Shown here piece by piece: positions 17,721-27,910 of a stretch of 32,000 nucleotides of DNA. The stretch's first letter is position 1. Each line of letters opens with the position of its first letter. The notes under the pieces were generated by a model, which was not told the origin of the DNA, made no database searches, and saw only the letters and a list, made by a program, of their open reading frames with translations. A program made the position numbers and the translations under genes. The DNA is from an uncultured Methanosarcinales archaeon (GTDB lineage Archaea > Nanobdellota > Nanobdellia > Woesearchaeales > JANQNQ01): assembly GCA_964550525.1 (NCBI GenBank), contig CAZJZJ010000002.1, forward strand, positions 15,618-47,617, given 5' to 3'.

Positions 17721-19268
17721 ATGGCTATGTTTAATGATAAGATAAAGGAATACGAGGCTAAAGTCAAGGAGACTGAGCCTAGTCCTGAAGCTGTTAAAAA
17801 GCAGCACGATAAAGGCAAACTTACAGCCAGAGAAAGGATAAAACTCCTTGTAGATTCTAATTCTTTCAATGAAATAGACGCTTTAGTTAAACTAAGATCA
17901 CACAATTTTAATCTTCAGGATAAAAAAAAAGCAGGAGATGCAGTTGTAACAGGTTATGCAACTGTGAATAAAAGGCCTGTTTACTTGTATGCTCAGGATT
18001 TCACTGCAATTGGTGGTTCTTTAGGAGAGATGCATGCTGACAAAATAGTTAAAATAATGAAAGAAGCAGTTAAAACAGGCACACCTTTTGTTGCAATCAA
18101 TGATTCAGGCGGTGCTCGTATACAAGAAGGAGTTAACAGCTTGGATGGTTATGGTAAAATATTCAAAGCAAACACATTTGCTTCTGGAGTAATACCTCAG
18201 ATCTCAGTTATTTTAGGTCCATGTGCAGGCGGTGCTGTTTACTCACCTGCAATTACAGACTTTGTGTTCATGGTCAACAAGCTTAGCCATATGTTCATCA
18301 CAGGCCCCGATGTGATTAAATCTGTAACAGGTGAAGAGATTTCTTTTGAAGACCTGGGTGGAGCTTCTGTTCATAACAAAAAAAGCGGTAATGCACATTT
18401 CTTATGTAAAGATGAAAAACAATGCTTTGAAAAGATCAAACAACTATTATCTTATTTACCTCAAAACAATATGGAAAGTCCTCCTGTAAAAACAACAGGA
18501 GATAGTATAAATAGGAAGAATACTAAACTTAAAGAGATAGTACCAGCAGAGTCAAAACAATCCTATGACATTAAACAAGTCATTGATGAGATTGCAGATA
18601 AAAACACTTTCTTTGAAGTGCATGAACACTTTGCACAAAGCGCTGTAGTGGGTTTTGCACGTCTAGTTGGCAATGTTGTTGGTATAGTAGCTAACCAGCC
18701 TTTGGTTTTAGCTGGTGTACTTGATATTCATTCTTCTGACAAGATTGCACGTTTTGTACGTTTCTGTGATTCATTCAATATTCCTTTAATTACTCTTGTG
18801 GATGTACCTGGTTATTTACCTGGAGTTGAACAAGAACACGGTGGTATAATTAGACATGGTGCAAAGATGTTGTATGCGTTCGCAGAAGCAACTGTGCCTA
18901 AGATTGCTTTAGTTATAAGAAAAGCTTACGGCGGAGCATACATAGCAATGTGTTCTCGTGCTTTAGCTTATGATAAGCTTATTGCATGGCCAACAGCTGA
19001 GATAGCTGTTATGGGTCCTGAACAAGCAGCCAAGATTATTTATCGTAGAGATATAAAAGCTTCAACAGACCCTGCAAAAACAGAAGCAGAGAAAGTATCT
19101 GAGTTCAAAGACAAATTCCTAAATCCATATGTCGCTGCTGAAGAAGGCAGAGTTGACATGGTTATCAATCCAGAAGACAGCAGGCTAACCTTAATCAAAT
19201 GTTTACAAATGCTTCTTACAAAACGCGAGAAAAGAATGCCTAAGAAGCATGGGAATATTCCTTTGTAA
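17721..19268 (+). CDS. pccB: Acyl-CoA (propionyl/methylmalonyl/acetyl) carboxylase, carboxyltransferase subunit
   Basis: KLTARERIKLLVDSNSFNEI, ALNDSGGARIQEG-like VAINDSGGARIQEGVNSL, GPCAGGAVYSPAITDF, VDVPGYLPGVEQEHGGIIRHGAKMLYA, RKAYGGAYIAM. Confidence 0.95.
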   Translation: MAMFNDKIKEYEAKVKETEPSPEAVKKQHDKGKLTARERIKLLVDSNSFNEIDALVKLRSHNFNLQDKKKAGDAVVTGYATVNKRPVYLYAQDFTAIGGSLGEMHADKIVKIMKEAVKTGTPFVAINDSGGARIQEGVNSLDGYGKIFKANTFASGVIPQISVILGPCAGGAVYSPAITDFVFMVNKLSHMFITGPDVIKSVTGEEISFEDLGGASVHNKKSGNAHFLCKDEKQCFEKIKQLLSYLPQNNMESPPVKTTGDSINRKNTKLKEIVPAESKQSYDIKQVIDEIADKNTFFEVHEHFAQSAVVGFARLVGNVVGIVANQPLVLAGVLDIHSSDKIARFVRFCDSFNIPLITLVDVPGYLPGVEQEHGGIIRHGAKMLYAFAEATVPKIALVIRKAYGGAYIAMCSRALAYDKLIAWPTAEIAVMGPEQAAKIIYRRDIKASTDPAKTEAEKVSEFKDKFLNPYVAAEEGRVDMVINPEDSRLTLIKCLQMLLTKREKRMPKKHGNIPL

Positions 19269-19300
19269 TTAGAATTGTTGGGGGGGCGGAATGATCCAAA

Positions 19301-20203
19301 ATGACATGGGCAGGTATACAAGTTGGGAATGATGGGATGATTGGTAAATATTATCCTTGGCGAATAATGAAAAAAATTCTTTCTGGAGAACTCTCTCCTG
19401 ATTTTGAATATCGTGCTTGGAGATCATTGATTGAAAGATTTGAAAGAGAGGAAAGATTAAAAGAAGGAGGACTGGAGCAAGCAACAAAACAACTTTCTGA
19501 GTCTTTTAGGGATTTATACAGGGTTTTTGGTCGTGAAAACACAGCTAAGGTTCTAGGAATGCTTCAAATTGAATTTCTATATCCTGAAGAACAAAAATCA
19601 ATAATGGAGCAATATGAAGAATTAAAATTAAATGTAGTTAAAAGAAAAAAGGAATTTGACGAGTTTATCAATGTTCTTGAGAATGAAACCAACTGGCTTA
19701 CTGCTCCTGCAAGTACAAGGTATCGTCTAATTGAAGAAGGTGGGTTATTAACACACTCTGTAAGGGTTTGCAATACTTACTTAAAATTACTTCAACTATT
19801 GGCTCCTAATATCTCTGTAGAAAGTGGTACTGTTGATGGTTTATTTCATGATGCAGGTAAAGCAGGCATGCCAGGAGTACCTTATTATATGAAACAGGAA
19901 GATGGGAGTTATATTAAAAACCCAGAGCTTGAAAAAATGCAGCCTGGAATGACTGTAGCTCAAAGAAGTTTACTTTTAATCTCAAATTATATCCCCTTAA
20001 GTCATCAAGAAAGGCAAGCAGTTGAATATCATGATGGTTTGTATAGGCCAGAAAACTGGGCTGTTGCAAATGACGAATACCCTCAAACTATATTGCTTAT
20101 AGCTGCAGATGGCTGGACAGCAGGTGTAACTGACATTAATAAACCTGTTGTAGATGGAAAACCTTTTAATAGGAAAGATGCTCACTCTTTAAAGCGTAAT
20201 TAA
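19301..20203 (+). CDS. HD-domain phosphohydrolase-like protein
   Basis: LLTHSVRVCNTYLKLLQLL...VDGLFHDAGKAGMPG, then VEYHDGLY and a late Asp (LLIAADGW). Confidence 0.7.
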   Translation: MTWAGIQVGNDGMIGKYYPWRIMKKILSGELSPDFEYRAWRSLIERFEREERLKEGGLEQATKQLSESFRDLYRVFGRENTAKVLGMLQIEFLYPEEQKSIMEQYEELKLNVVKRKKEFDEFINVLENETNWLTAPASTRYRLIEEGGLLTHSVRVCNTYLKLLQLLAPNISVESGTVDGLFHDAGKAGMPGVPYYMKQEDGSYIKNPELEKMQPGMTVAQRSLLLISNYIPLSHQERQAVEYHDGLYRPENWAVANDEYPQTILLIAADGWTAGVTDINKPVVDGKPFNRKDAHSLKRN

Positions 20204-20216
20204 AGGTGAAATCAAT

Positions 20217-20603
20217 ATGCCACGCAAAATCAAAGTAACTGTGAACAATAAGGATTATGATGTTGGAGTTACTGAGTTAGGAGGCGGAAAGCTAAAACTA
20301 GAGTTAGAGGGTGAATCCTATGAAGTGGATACAAAGGAAGAAGAAACAACCTCTGAGCAAAAAACTGATTCTGTTGAGATTGAATCCAGTGAAAACGTAA
20401 TCAAAGCTCCAATGCCTGGCACAGTCCTTGGAATAAATGTTAAGCCAGGTGATAAAGTCAAGAAAGGCGACCCTGTAGTTACTTTGATAGCTATGAAAAT
20501 GGAAAACAAGATTACTTCTCCGAAAAAAGGCAAAGTCAAGGAAATCAAGGTTAAAGAAGGCCAGAATGTTGAATCAGGGGATGTACTTGTAGTTCTGGAA
20601 TAA
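20217..20603 (+). CDS. Biotin carboxyl carrier protein
   Basis: Biotinylation motif VTLIAMKMENKI inside a biotinyl/lipoyl domain (IKAPMPGTVLGINVKPGDKVKKGDPV). Confidence 0.95.
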   Translation: MPRKIKVTVNNKDYDVGVTELGGGKLKLELEGESYEVDTKEEETTSEQKTDSVEIESSENVIKAPMPGTVLGINVKPGDKVKKGDPVVTLIAMKMENKITSPKKGKVKEIKVKEGQNVESGDVLVVLE

Positions 20604-20737
20604 TTCTATTCTTCCCAATAAATGAACAATTCACCACTCTTAAATGAACTCCATTCCCAAACTTCTCTAAAATAGTGACAAAGCTTTTTATAGCCATGAA
20701 TCAATAATTCACTAACCTTTAAAACGAGGTGACGCGC

Positions 20738-21076
20738 ATGCAAGACATGGTAGGGAAATGGGCCTTCATCATCGGTGTGGTGTTGGCTATAATTGCAGGA
20801 TTCGTCGCTATACCCTTTACAGCGTTTGTACTGGCTGTGTTAGGTTTAGTTGTAGGATTCCTGAACATTACAACTAAGGAAACAAACAATTTCTTGATGG
20901 CAGCTATTGCTTTGCTGGTATTAGGAGCAGCTTCTTTAGGTGCTATTGGAGAAGTGACAGTTCTAAAGATGGTAGCAGAATGGGTTGAATCAATCCTAAC
21001 AAACATAATAGCATTTGTAGCTCCAGCTGCATTGGTAGTTTCTTTAGAAGCAATCTATAAGATAGGTCAAAAATAG
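20738..21076 (+). CDS. Small membrane protein
   Basis: SD GAGGTGA before ATG at 20738; ~110 aa with three to four hydrophobic segments. Confidence 0.6.
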   Translation: MQDMVGKWAFIIGVVLAIIAGFVAIPFTAFVLAVLGLVVGFLNITTKETNNFLMAAIALLVLGAASLGAIGEVTVLKMVAEWVESILTNIIAFVAPAALVVSLEAIYKIGQK

Positions 21077-21098
21077 GCCTAATTTTTTTCTTTTTTTC

Positions 21099-21323
21099 TT
21101 AACCACTTCTTCCTTTGTTAGCAAATAGAATTCCTATCAGTACAGTCAAGCCCCAAGCTTTCCATACTGTAAGCTTACCAATAACCCCCTTGGTTACGCT
21201 TGGCAGTATCCAATTCCATAACAGGAATACAGGATAAGCAAGTATAAGGCCAACTACAATAGTAAGTCCAAGTGCAACAGCAATCATAGTTGCTTTGTTA
21301 AATATATCTTTCAATAACCCCAT
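21099..21323 (-). CDS. Small membrane protein
   Basis: Start MGLLKDIFNKATMIAVALGL preceded by AGGTGA; the longer track start is unlikely. Confidence 0.55.
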   Translation of the reverse strand: MGLLKDIFNKATMIAVALGLTIVVGLILAYPVFLLWNWILPSVTKGVIGKLTVWKAWGLTVLIGILFANKGRSG

Positions 21324-21415
21324 AAATATCACCTGTAAATTAGGGTAGTTAGGGGGTTTAAAAATTTTATGGAAAAAACTAAAACAATAAATACAACCTC
21401 TCCATTCCCATAACC

Positions 21416-21811
21416 ATGGAACTTGGTAATGATGACTGGTGTTTTGCATGCGGTAAGTATAATCCGCACGGATTACAACTAGATATAAAGATTGAAGGCA
21501 AGAAATCCTATTTTGAATTCACACCAAAGAAACAGCATCAAGGATATCAAGACTTTCTTCACGGCGGTATAATGTCTACTCTGCTAGATGAAGCAGTTGG
21601 CAACCTTGTTTGGCGGCTTGGATTAGGAGCAGTAACAGCTAAGATAGAAGTAAACCTGAGAAAACCTGTGAAAATAGGAGAAAAACTATTTGTAACCGGC
21701 GAAGTAATCAAAGAACAAGGACGTAAAGTATTCGCAAAATCAGAAGCACGAACAGAAGACGGAGTTGTAGTTGCAGATTGTGAAGCGCTTTTGATTAAGC
21801 TTAAGAAATAG
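21416..21811 (+). CDS. PaaI-like hotdog thioesterase
   Basis: CFACGKYNPHGLQL...HQGYQDFLHGGIMSTLLDEAVGNLVW. Confidence 0.8.
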   Translation: MELGNDDWCFACGKYNPHGLQLDIKIEGKKSYFEFTPKKQHQGYQDFLHGGIMSTLLDEAVGNLVWRLGLGAVTAKIEVNLRKPVKIGEKLFVTGEVIKEQGRKVFAKSEARTEDGVVVADCEALLIKLKK

Positions 21812-22487
21812 TCCCCTCAACAACAACTTCCCTAGAACCATCCTCTTTCTCAACAATTAAATTGCAATCAGAATCAACATCAATAGCTTTGCCGACAATC
21901 TCTCCATTACCGAAAACATCTACTCTTACATCCCTGCCAATTGTGTCAGAAAGCTCTTTCCATTCAGCGATTATTTCTTTTTTGTTTTTTTTATAGTAAT
22001 GTTCAAAGTTTTTTAGAATGTTTTTTATTATCTCTTCTTTATCAAACTCTTTACCTTTAATCTCTTTAACACTAATCCCTTCCTCAACATCATTATTAAC
22101 ATTCAAACCAATTCCAACAACCATCTTACTGTCCTCAGCAACAACATTCTCAGTCAACATCCCGCACAACTTCTTTCCTTCATAAACCAAATCATTTGGC
22201 CACTTGATGCCAGCTTCAACAGAGCAAACCTCAAAAACAGCTTTACGCACAGCAAGCGCTGTAATAAAAGTCATGAATTTCATATTCTCAATCTCTGTCT
22301 TAATAACCAATGACATGTAAACTCCGCCTTCTTCAGAACTCCAGCTACGGTCAAACCTGCCACGACCTTTAGTCTGTTTATCTGCAACTATAGCTGTACC
22401 TACTGGTATTTCTTTTGCTTTATCCATAGTAGAATCCAGTTCCTTGAAATGCATTACTTTAAACATTTTAGAATCTTCCTTGGTCAT
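21801..22487 (-). CDS. birA: Biotin-[acyl-CoA-carboxylase] ligase
   Basis: ADKQTKGRGRFDRSWSSEEGGVYMSLV, IKWPNDLVYEGKKLCGML, VVGIGLNVNN. Confidence 0.93.
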   Translation of the reverse strand: MTKEDSKMFKVMHFKELDSTMDKAKEIPVGTAIVADKQTKGRGRFDRSWSSEEGGVYMSLVIKTEIENMKFMTFITALAVRKAVFEVCSVEAGIKWPNDLVYEGKKLCGMLTENVVAEDSKMVVGIGLNVNNDVEEGISVKEIKGKEFDKEEIIKNILKNFEHYYKKNKKEIIAEWKELSDTIGRDVRVDVFGNGEIVGKAIDVDSDCNLIVEKEDGSREVVVEGTIS

Positions 22488-24453
22488 AAAAATTACCCAG
22501 CATCTGCTGTCTTGATGCCATTACCCATGCACTTTGTTTTTGTGTATAATCAACCTCGCACATTGGATATTGTTCAGTGCCAAGGTACTGTGAAACAGCA
22601 GCAGCAATCACAGCAATCCTTTTACCATTAGTAAGCTCTTCTTTATTTTTAACTTCAAGTATTTTTTTAACTTTATCTAAAATCTTATTCCTTTCAATAA
22701 ATGTAGTGTTTATATTACCGTGCCTGAAATCTTCTGTCTCAAAAGCAACTGAGTGGAATGGGATAGTTGTATCCACACCTTCAATAATATACTCTTCTAA
22801 AGCACGTCTCATTCGTGCAATTGCTTCGTTCCTGTTCTTACCAAAACACATTAATTTTGAAATCATTGAATCGTAATGAGGTGAAATTTTGTAACCAGTA
22901 TGTGAACAACTGCATACTCTAATTCCAGGACCTCCTGGCGGAAGATAATTTGTGATAGTCCCTGGGCAAGGCATGAAATCATTTTCAACACTCTCAGCAT
23001 TAATCCTGCATTCAATTGCCCAACCTCTAAAATGAATATCCTCTTGTTTTAATGTAAGTTTAGCACCTGCAGCAACCTTGATCTGCTCTTTGACAAGATC
23101 AACTCCAGTAATCATCTCTGTAATCCCATGTTCAACCTGTATCCTTGTATTCATCTCCATAAAAAAGAAATTGCCTTTATCATCAAGCAAAAACTCAACA
23201 GTACCAGCACCCTCATAACCAGCAGCTTTGCCTGCTTTAACAGCAGCTTCACCCATAGTTTCCCTTAACTCAGGTGTTAGAGCAACTGAAGGAGCTTCTT
23301 CAATTAGCTTCTGATGTCTTCTTTGAATAGAACATTCTCTTTCACCAAGATGGATTACATTACCATACTGATCTGCCAGCACTTGAAACTCAATATGTCT
23401 AGGTTCTTCAAAATATTTCTCAATATATACATCTTTATTTCCAAAAGAACTTTTTGCTTCAGCCATAGCACTTTTGATAGCAGGCATTAGTTCTTCTTCT
23501 TTATTCACTATCCTCATACCTTTACCACCGCCGCCTGCAGTCGCTTTTACAATAACAGGGTAAACTAGTTCTTTAGCAATCCTTACTGCTTCTTCTTTAT
23601 CCTGTACTGCACCTTCAGTACCAGGTATCACAGGCACACCTACCTCTTTCATTGTATGCCTTGCAATAATCTTATCTCCCATCATCTGGATAGTTCTTTC
23701 TTTCGGCCCGATAAATTTGATGTTATTCTTTTTACACATCCTTGCAAAACCAGCGTTTTCTGCTAAAAACCCATAACCTGGATGCACAGCATCAACATTT
23801 GCTTTCTTAGCAATCTTGATGATTTTAGCTGGGTCAAGATAGCTTCTTGTAGAGCCAATATTATAAGATTCATCTGCGAACTTAACTGCAAGGGAATTCT
23901 TGTCCTCATCTGAATAAACAACTGCAACTTTTACACCTAACTCTCTGGCAGCCCTCATGATCCTTACAGCAATCTCCCCTCTGTTTGCTATCAATATCTT
24001 CCCAAACATTAGCTTAGGCTCAATAGAAGTGAAGTCCACACTCTCTTCTGTCAAACTTCCTACCCCCTTGGTTATTATGTCAAGGAAAGATTCTGGAGGC
24101 TTATCTTTAATCATTTTTCTCCAGTTATCTGTATTAAGTGTAGGCAGTTTTTTTAATAGATTATCTGTAAATATCTCACCGAGACTGTTAAGATCAGTCT
24201 TACCCTTGCCATCTCTCTTACTTGTTTCAATAGTCACAACATGAGACTTAACAACAGACATAACCTGATCATATACCTGTGGAAACCTCCTCTTAGTCTT
24301 CTTAGCCAGTCCAGCCAGCTTCTTAAATCCTCGGTTAAAAGGAGTAAGAAATCTATTCATAGCCTTAGATTCATCCAACCTATCCAATGGTTTCTTAATA
24401 AGTTTATCATACATTGGATTAATCTTTTTTATCTTTGTCATAAAACCACGCAT
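22468..24453 (-). CDS. accC: Acyl-CoA carboxylase, biotin carboxylase subunit with ~145-aa N-terminal extension
   Basis: Core starts MFGKILIANRGEIAVRIMRAARELG at 24009. Contains KATAGGGGKGMRIV, ERECSIQRRHQKLIEEAPS and FFMEMNTRIQVEHGITE. The likely start is the Met at 24441. Confidence 0.93.
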   Translation of the reverse strand: MRGFMTKIKKINPMYDKLIKKPLDRLDESKAMNRFLTPFNRGFKKLAGLAKKTKRRFPQVYDQVMSVVKSHVVTIETSKRDGKGKTDLNSLGEIFTDNLLKKLPTLNTDNWRKMIKDKPPESFLDIITKGVGSLTEESVDFTSIEPKLMFGKILIANRGEIAVRIMRAARELGVKVAVVYSDEDKNSLAVKFADESYNIGSTRSYLDPAKIIKIAKKANVDAVHPGYGFLAENAGFARMCKKNNIKFIGPKERTIQMMGDKIIARHTMKEVGVPVIPGTEGAVQDKEEAVRIAKELVYPVIVKATAGGGGKGMRIVNKEEELMPAIKSAMAEAKSSFGNKDVYIEKYFEEPRHIEFQVLADQYGNVIHLGERECSIQRRHQKLIEEAPSVALTPELRETMGEAAVKAGKAAGYEGAGTVEFLLDDKGNFFFMEMNTRIQVEHGITEMITGVDLVKEQIKVAAGAKLTLKQEDIHFRGWAIECRINAESVENDFMPCPGTITNYLPPGGPGIRVCSCSHTGYKISPHYDSMISKLMCFGKNRNEAIARMRRALEEYIIEGVDTTIPFHSVAFETEDFRHGNINTTFIERNKILDKVKKILEVKNKEELTNGKRIAVIAAAVSQYLGTEQYPMCEVDYTQKQSAWVMASRQQMLGNFYDQGRF

Positions 24454-24599
24454 AAACAGGTTTTTTTTGGGTTATTTAAAGTTTACTTTGCAAGGAAAGG
24501 CTCTTCTTACATCATGTTTTGTTATCCCTTTGAGGTAGTTAAAAACCAAAAGATTTATAAAGGGGTGATAATTCCTTCTCTTAACTGAGGTTATTATTA

Positions 24600-26123
24600 A
24601 TGACAGATTATAATGGTGAAACAAAAGTAGCCAGTCTTGAGGTTATTACTGATAGTACTCGACACGGCACTGCTATTAGGGCACTTGATATTCTAAAACG
24701 TAATCTAGAAACATCTGCTCCTGGTATTTCTTATTCCAGACCAAATGAAGGGGATCATAAAATAATTGACGTTTATTGTACTGCACTTAGTGATAAAGCA
24801 GCAGACCCAGTTGTGGTTCATACAAACCTAGTAAGGCTTTATAATGCATTAAGAGAATTCGAACGAACTGATGGTGGCGGCGGTAAAGTTAAAGTCAGTA
24901 CTAGACTGACAATCTATCCCTTAGGAAACACAAGTGAGTTAAATGAGTATAAAGATGCTAATGCTGAATTAACTGTTGAGAAGGATAAATTTAAAAAACA
25001 GTATGGAGAATCTCAACAAGAAGTCAAAAAAATAGAAGCAGATAATGCAAATAAAGACGAACAAATAGAAGATAAAGACAAAGAACTAGGGAGAAAGGGT
25101 AGGAAGATTACTTCTTTAGAGAGAAGGCTTAAAAAAGCAAAGGGAAAGCTTTCTTCAAAAGGTATATCAACTATATCATATGAAGATTCAGCTACACCAG
25201 AGAATCTTGCAGATGTTTTAGATATAAATAGAGCTGTTTACGAGGATCACGATCAAAAGTGTAGAACTGATTATGTATCTAATGAAGAAAAGTTAATAGA
25301 CGAGGTTTTCTATGAGGCTTCTGAAGAGATTAATACACGAAGATTGTTTAGTGATAATCAATTAGACAAAGCATTGAATCTTATTACTCGTGGAGAAAAC
25401 TATGAAGAGAACTTAAAAAGTTTAGATAACTTACCTTTGACGCCTGAAGAAATCAAAAAGATTAAGGAAGATACTAAACAAAAAGCTGAAGAAAACCTGA
25501 GATGGGCAAGAGAGCTTGAAGGAGCTTATAACAACACTAAGGAATATAAAGTCTTAGTTAGAATTGCAAAGGATGAAGATCAATTGAGAATTGTATTGCC
25601 TGTTGATGCAAAATCAGATAATGAAGTTGTAAAAGCACTATATCAGAGCCTTATTAATAGCCTAAGGGGTTTGAAAGCAAAAGATGATTCAGTATCATAT
25701 TCTGAAATAAAGGATGTGCCTTATACTTCATTCCAAGTAAGCGGAATATCAGATTATGATATGTTGAAAGCAGCTATTACAAAAGGATTAGAAAATGTTG
25801 CTAAAGAAGCTATGCTTACTATTAATACATTTTATACTGACTTTTATGATGGAAGTGTTGCAGAAGCTCAAGCACAACTTGAGTCTTTAGATGAATTTGT
25901 AGATTATCGGATTAAGCAAGTACTAACAAAGCCAGGTACAGAAGAGCATTATAAGGGTAGAACTGAATTCCTTAAAATCAAAGGATTTAATCTGAGCACC
26001 ACTCTGAGCAGAATAAACAATGGCAAAAAGATTAGAGCAACAACCATGCAAAAAATGGCAGATGCTCTTGGTGTCGATGTTTCTGAGTTAGAAAAGAGAT
26101 TACCTACTTCCAAGACTAGCTGA
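24600..26123 (+). CDS. Coiled-coil protein with C-terminal XRE-like HTH
   Basis: Central charged coiled coil (ELTVEKDKFKKQYGESQQEVKK...ERRLKKAKGKL) and C-terminal GFNLSTTLSRINNGKKIRATTMQKMADALGVDVSELEKRL. TATA (ATTTATAAA) ~35 nt upstream. Confidence 0.7.
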   Translation: MTDYNGETKVASLEVITDSTRHGTAIRALDILKRNLETSAPGISYSRPNEGDHKIIDVYCTALSDKAADPVVVHTNLVRLYNALREFERTDGGGGKVKVSTRLTIYPLGNTSELNEYKDANAELTVEKDKFKKQYGESQQEVKKIEADNANKDEQIEDKDKELGRKGRKITSLERRLKKAKGKLSSKGISTISYEDSATPENLADVLDINRAVYEDHDQKCRTDYVSNEEKLIDEVFYEASEEINTRRLFSDNQLDKALNLITRGENYEENLKSLDNLPLTPEEIKKIKEDTKQKAEENLRWARELEGAYNNTKEYKVLVRIAKDEDQLRIVLPVDAKSDNEVVKALYQSLINSLRGLKAKDDSVSYSEIKDVPYTSFQVSGISDYDMLKAAITKGLENVAKEAMLTINTFYTDFYDGSVAEAQAQLESLDEFVDYRIKQVLTKPGTEEHYKGRTEFLKIKGFNLSTTLSRINNGKKIRATTMQKMADALGVDVSELEKRLPTSKTS

Positions 26124-26245
26124 AACCCCAAAAAACCGCTTTCTCAGCCCGTATTAAGTTCTTATACTCTAAAACATAAAACTTTTTAAATAGTAAAAGT
26201 TTTCGCCGTATACTCAGATTTTACCACAATATGGAGGGGGTATAT

Positions 26246-26749
26246 ATGAGCGAGATGATAGATGGACTTAAGGATGAGAATGGTCAGCTTGATCATAATT
26301 CAATCAAGCAGATAATACCATATGATTATCCGTTTTTAATGATAGATAGGGTAATTTTGTTGCAAAAAGACAAGATTATGGCAATAAAGAACGTTACAAT
26401 CAATGAACACTTCTTTAAAGGCCATTTTGCAGGTTTCCCTATTATGCCAGGCGCAATGATGATTGAAGGTATGGGCCAAGCAGCAACTTTGCTTGCTAGG
26501 TATAACCTAGAAAACCATCATGAGAAAGAGTGTCTAGCTTTTAAGATCAAAGACGCTAAATTCATTAAACCTGTATTCCCAGGCGACCAGATGAGGTTTG
26601 AGGTTGCTTTACAGGGTATGAACGAGAAAGGAGCAGCAGTCGCAGGCAAAGTCATTGTCAATGAAGCAGTAGTTGCAGAAGCGATGATGATGATTGCTGT
26701 TGTTGACAGGCAAAGCTTTAGAGCGAAATACAGTGGGATGTTCAAATAA
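26246..26749 (+). CDS. fabZ: FabZ-like 3-hydroxyacyl-(ACP/CoA) dehydratase
   Basis: IIPYDYPFLMIDRV, KNVTINEHFFKGHFAGFPIMPGAMMIEGMGQAA; SD GGAGGGGG 5-7 nt before the ATG at 26246. Confidence 0.9.
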   Translation: MSEMIDGLKDENGQLDHNSIKQIIPYDYPFLMIDRVILLQKDKIMAIKNVTINEHFFKGHFAGFPIMPGAMMIEGMGQAATLLARYNLENHHEKECLAFKIKDAKFIKPVFPGDQMRFEVALQGMNEKGAAVAGKVIVNEAVVAEAMMMIAVVDRQSFRAKYSGMFK

Positions 26750-26787
26750 AGCTATTTTTTTAAATCTTTCAAACTAGGTGATACTAT

Positions 26788-27909
26788 ATGTACATTGCTG
26801 GCGTTGGAATGACAAAGTTTACCATAAGTAATAAGACTACAATGGATCTAGCTTATGAAGCAGCAGTTGAAGCTTTAGAAGATTCCAACATAAATTATGA
26901 TGATATTGATGCAGTGGTAGTATCTACAGTTGACACTAAATACAATCTTGAGAGGCAGAGACATTATAATTCCTTATTAGCTAGTTTATTCAAAAGAAAG
27001 ATGCCTATTATCCGAACAACTGCTGTATGCGGTGGTGGCGGGCTTGCTTTTTGGCAGGGTTTACGTATGAAATATGATAATGTGCTTGTACTTGCAACAG
27101 ATAAGGTATCTGTGAACAATACCAAAAATATCACAGACGTGATTCTACAAGCTGCAGACCGTATTTGGGAGCAGACAGAAGGTCTTATCTTTCCTGCACA
27201 AAACGCATTAGTAGCACAGCAGCATATGCAGAAATTCGGTACAACCCATGACCAGCTTGCTTTAATCGCCCATAAAAACCATTGTAACGCAGCAATTAAC
27301 CCAAAAGCTCATTTCTATGGCAAGAAGATTGATCTTGATACAATCAAAAACGCACCTGTTGTAGCTTCTCCTTTTACTTTATTCGATTGCAGTATATCTG
27401 TTAACGGAGCTGCTGCTGCTGTTATAACAAACAAAAAAACAGACATAAAAGTTGCAGGCTCAGGTACATGTGTAGACTACTTAGCAACATTTGAACGTGA
27501 AGATATGACAACTTGGAGAGCCACTTTAGAAGCAGCTAGACAAGCATATCAGCAAGCAGGTGTAACTCCTAAAGATGTAGATGTAGCTGAAGTGCATGAC
27601 GCATTTACAATCGTTGAATTAATCGCTTATGAAGACCTAGGTTTTTGCAAAAAAGGTGAAGGCGGTAAGTTTATTGAATCAGGTAAACCATTACTTGATG
27701 GAGAACTACCTGTAAATACAAGCGGCGGATTAAAAGCTAAAGGCCATCCAATATCTCCAACTGGTATGGCACAGATAGTTGAGGTTGTTGAACAGCTTAG
27801 AGGAAAAAGTGGTGATCGTCAGGTTAAAGACGCAAAGATAGGCTTAACTCAGAATATCGGTGGTGCTGGAGGCTCTATTACTGTTAATATTCTTAAGAAG
27901 GTGGATTAA
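26788..27909 (+). CDS. Archaeal-type thiolase (acetyl-CoA acetyltransferase / SCP-x-like)
   Basis: YIAGVGMTKF...LAYEAAVEALEDS; VVSTVD...; VAEVHDAFTIVELIAYEDLGFC; NTSGGLKAKGHPISPTG; TQNIGGAGGS. Confidence 0.9.
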   Translation: MYIAGVGMTKFTISNKTTMDLAYEAAVEALEDSNINYDDIDAVVVSTVDTKYNLERQRHYNSLLASLFKRKMPIIRTTAVCGGGGLAFWQGLRMKYDNVLVLATDKVSVNNTKNITDVILQAADRIWEQTEGLIFPAQNALVAQQHMQKFGTTHDQLALIAHKNHCNAAINPKAHFYGKKIDLDTIKNAPVVASPFTLFDCSISVNGAAAAVITNKKTDIKVAGSGTCVDYLATFEREDMTTWRATLEAARQAYQQAGVTPKDVDVAEVHDAFTIVELIAYEDLGFCKKGEGGKFIESGKPLLDGELPVNTSGGLKAKGHPISPTGMAQIVEVVEQLRGKSGDRQVKDAKIGLTQNIGGAGGSITVNILKKVD

Positions 27910-27910
27910 C

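Noticed and set aside
20217-20603. Interpreting the BCCP as a lipoyl protein or a decarboxylase subunit
   Set aside because: The AMKM biotinylation motif with co-located biotin carboxylase and BirA supports a carboxylase. No sodium-pump or membrane subunit was seen.
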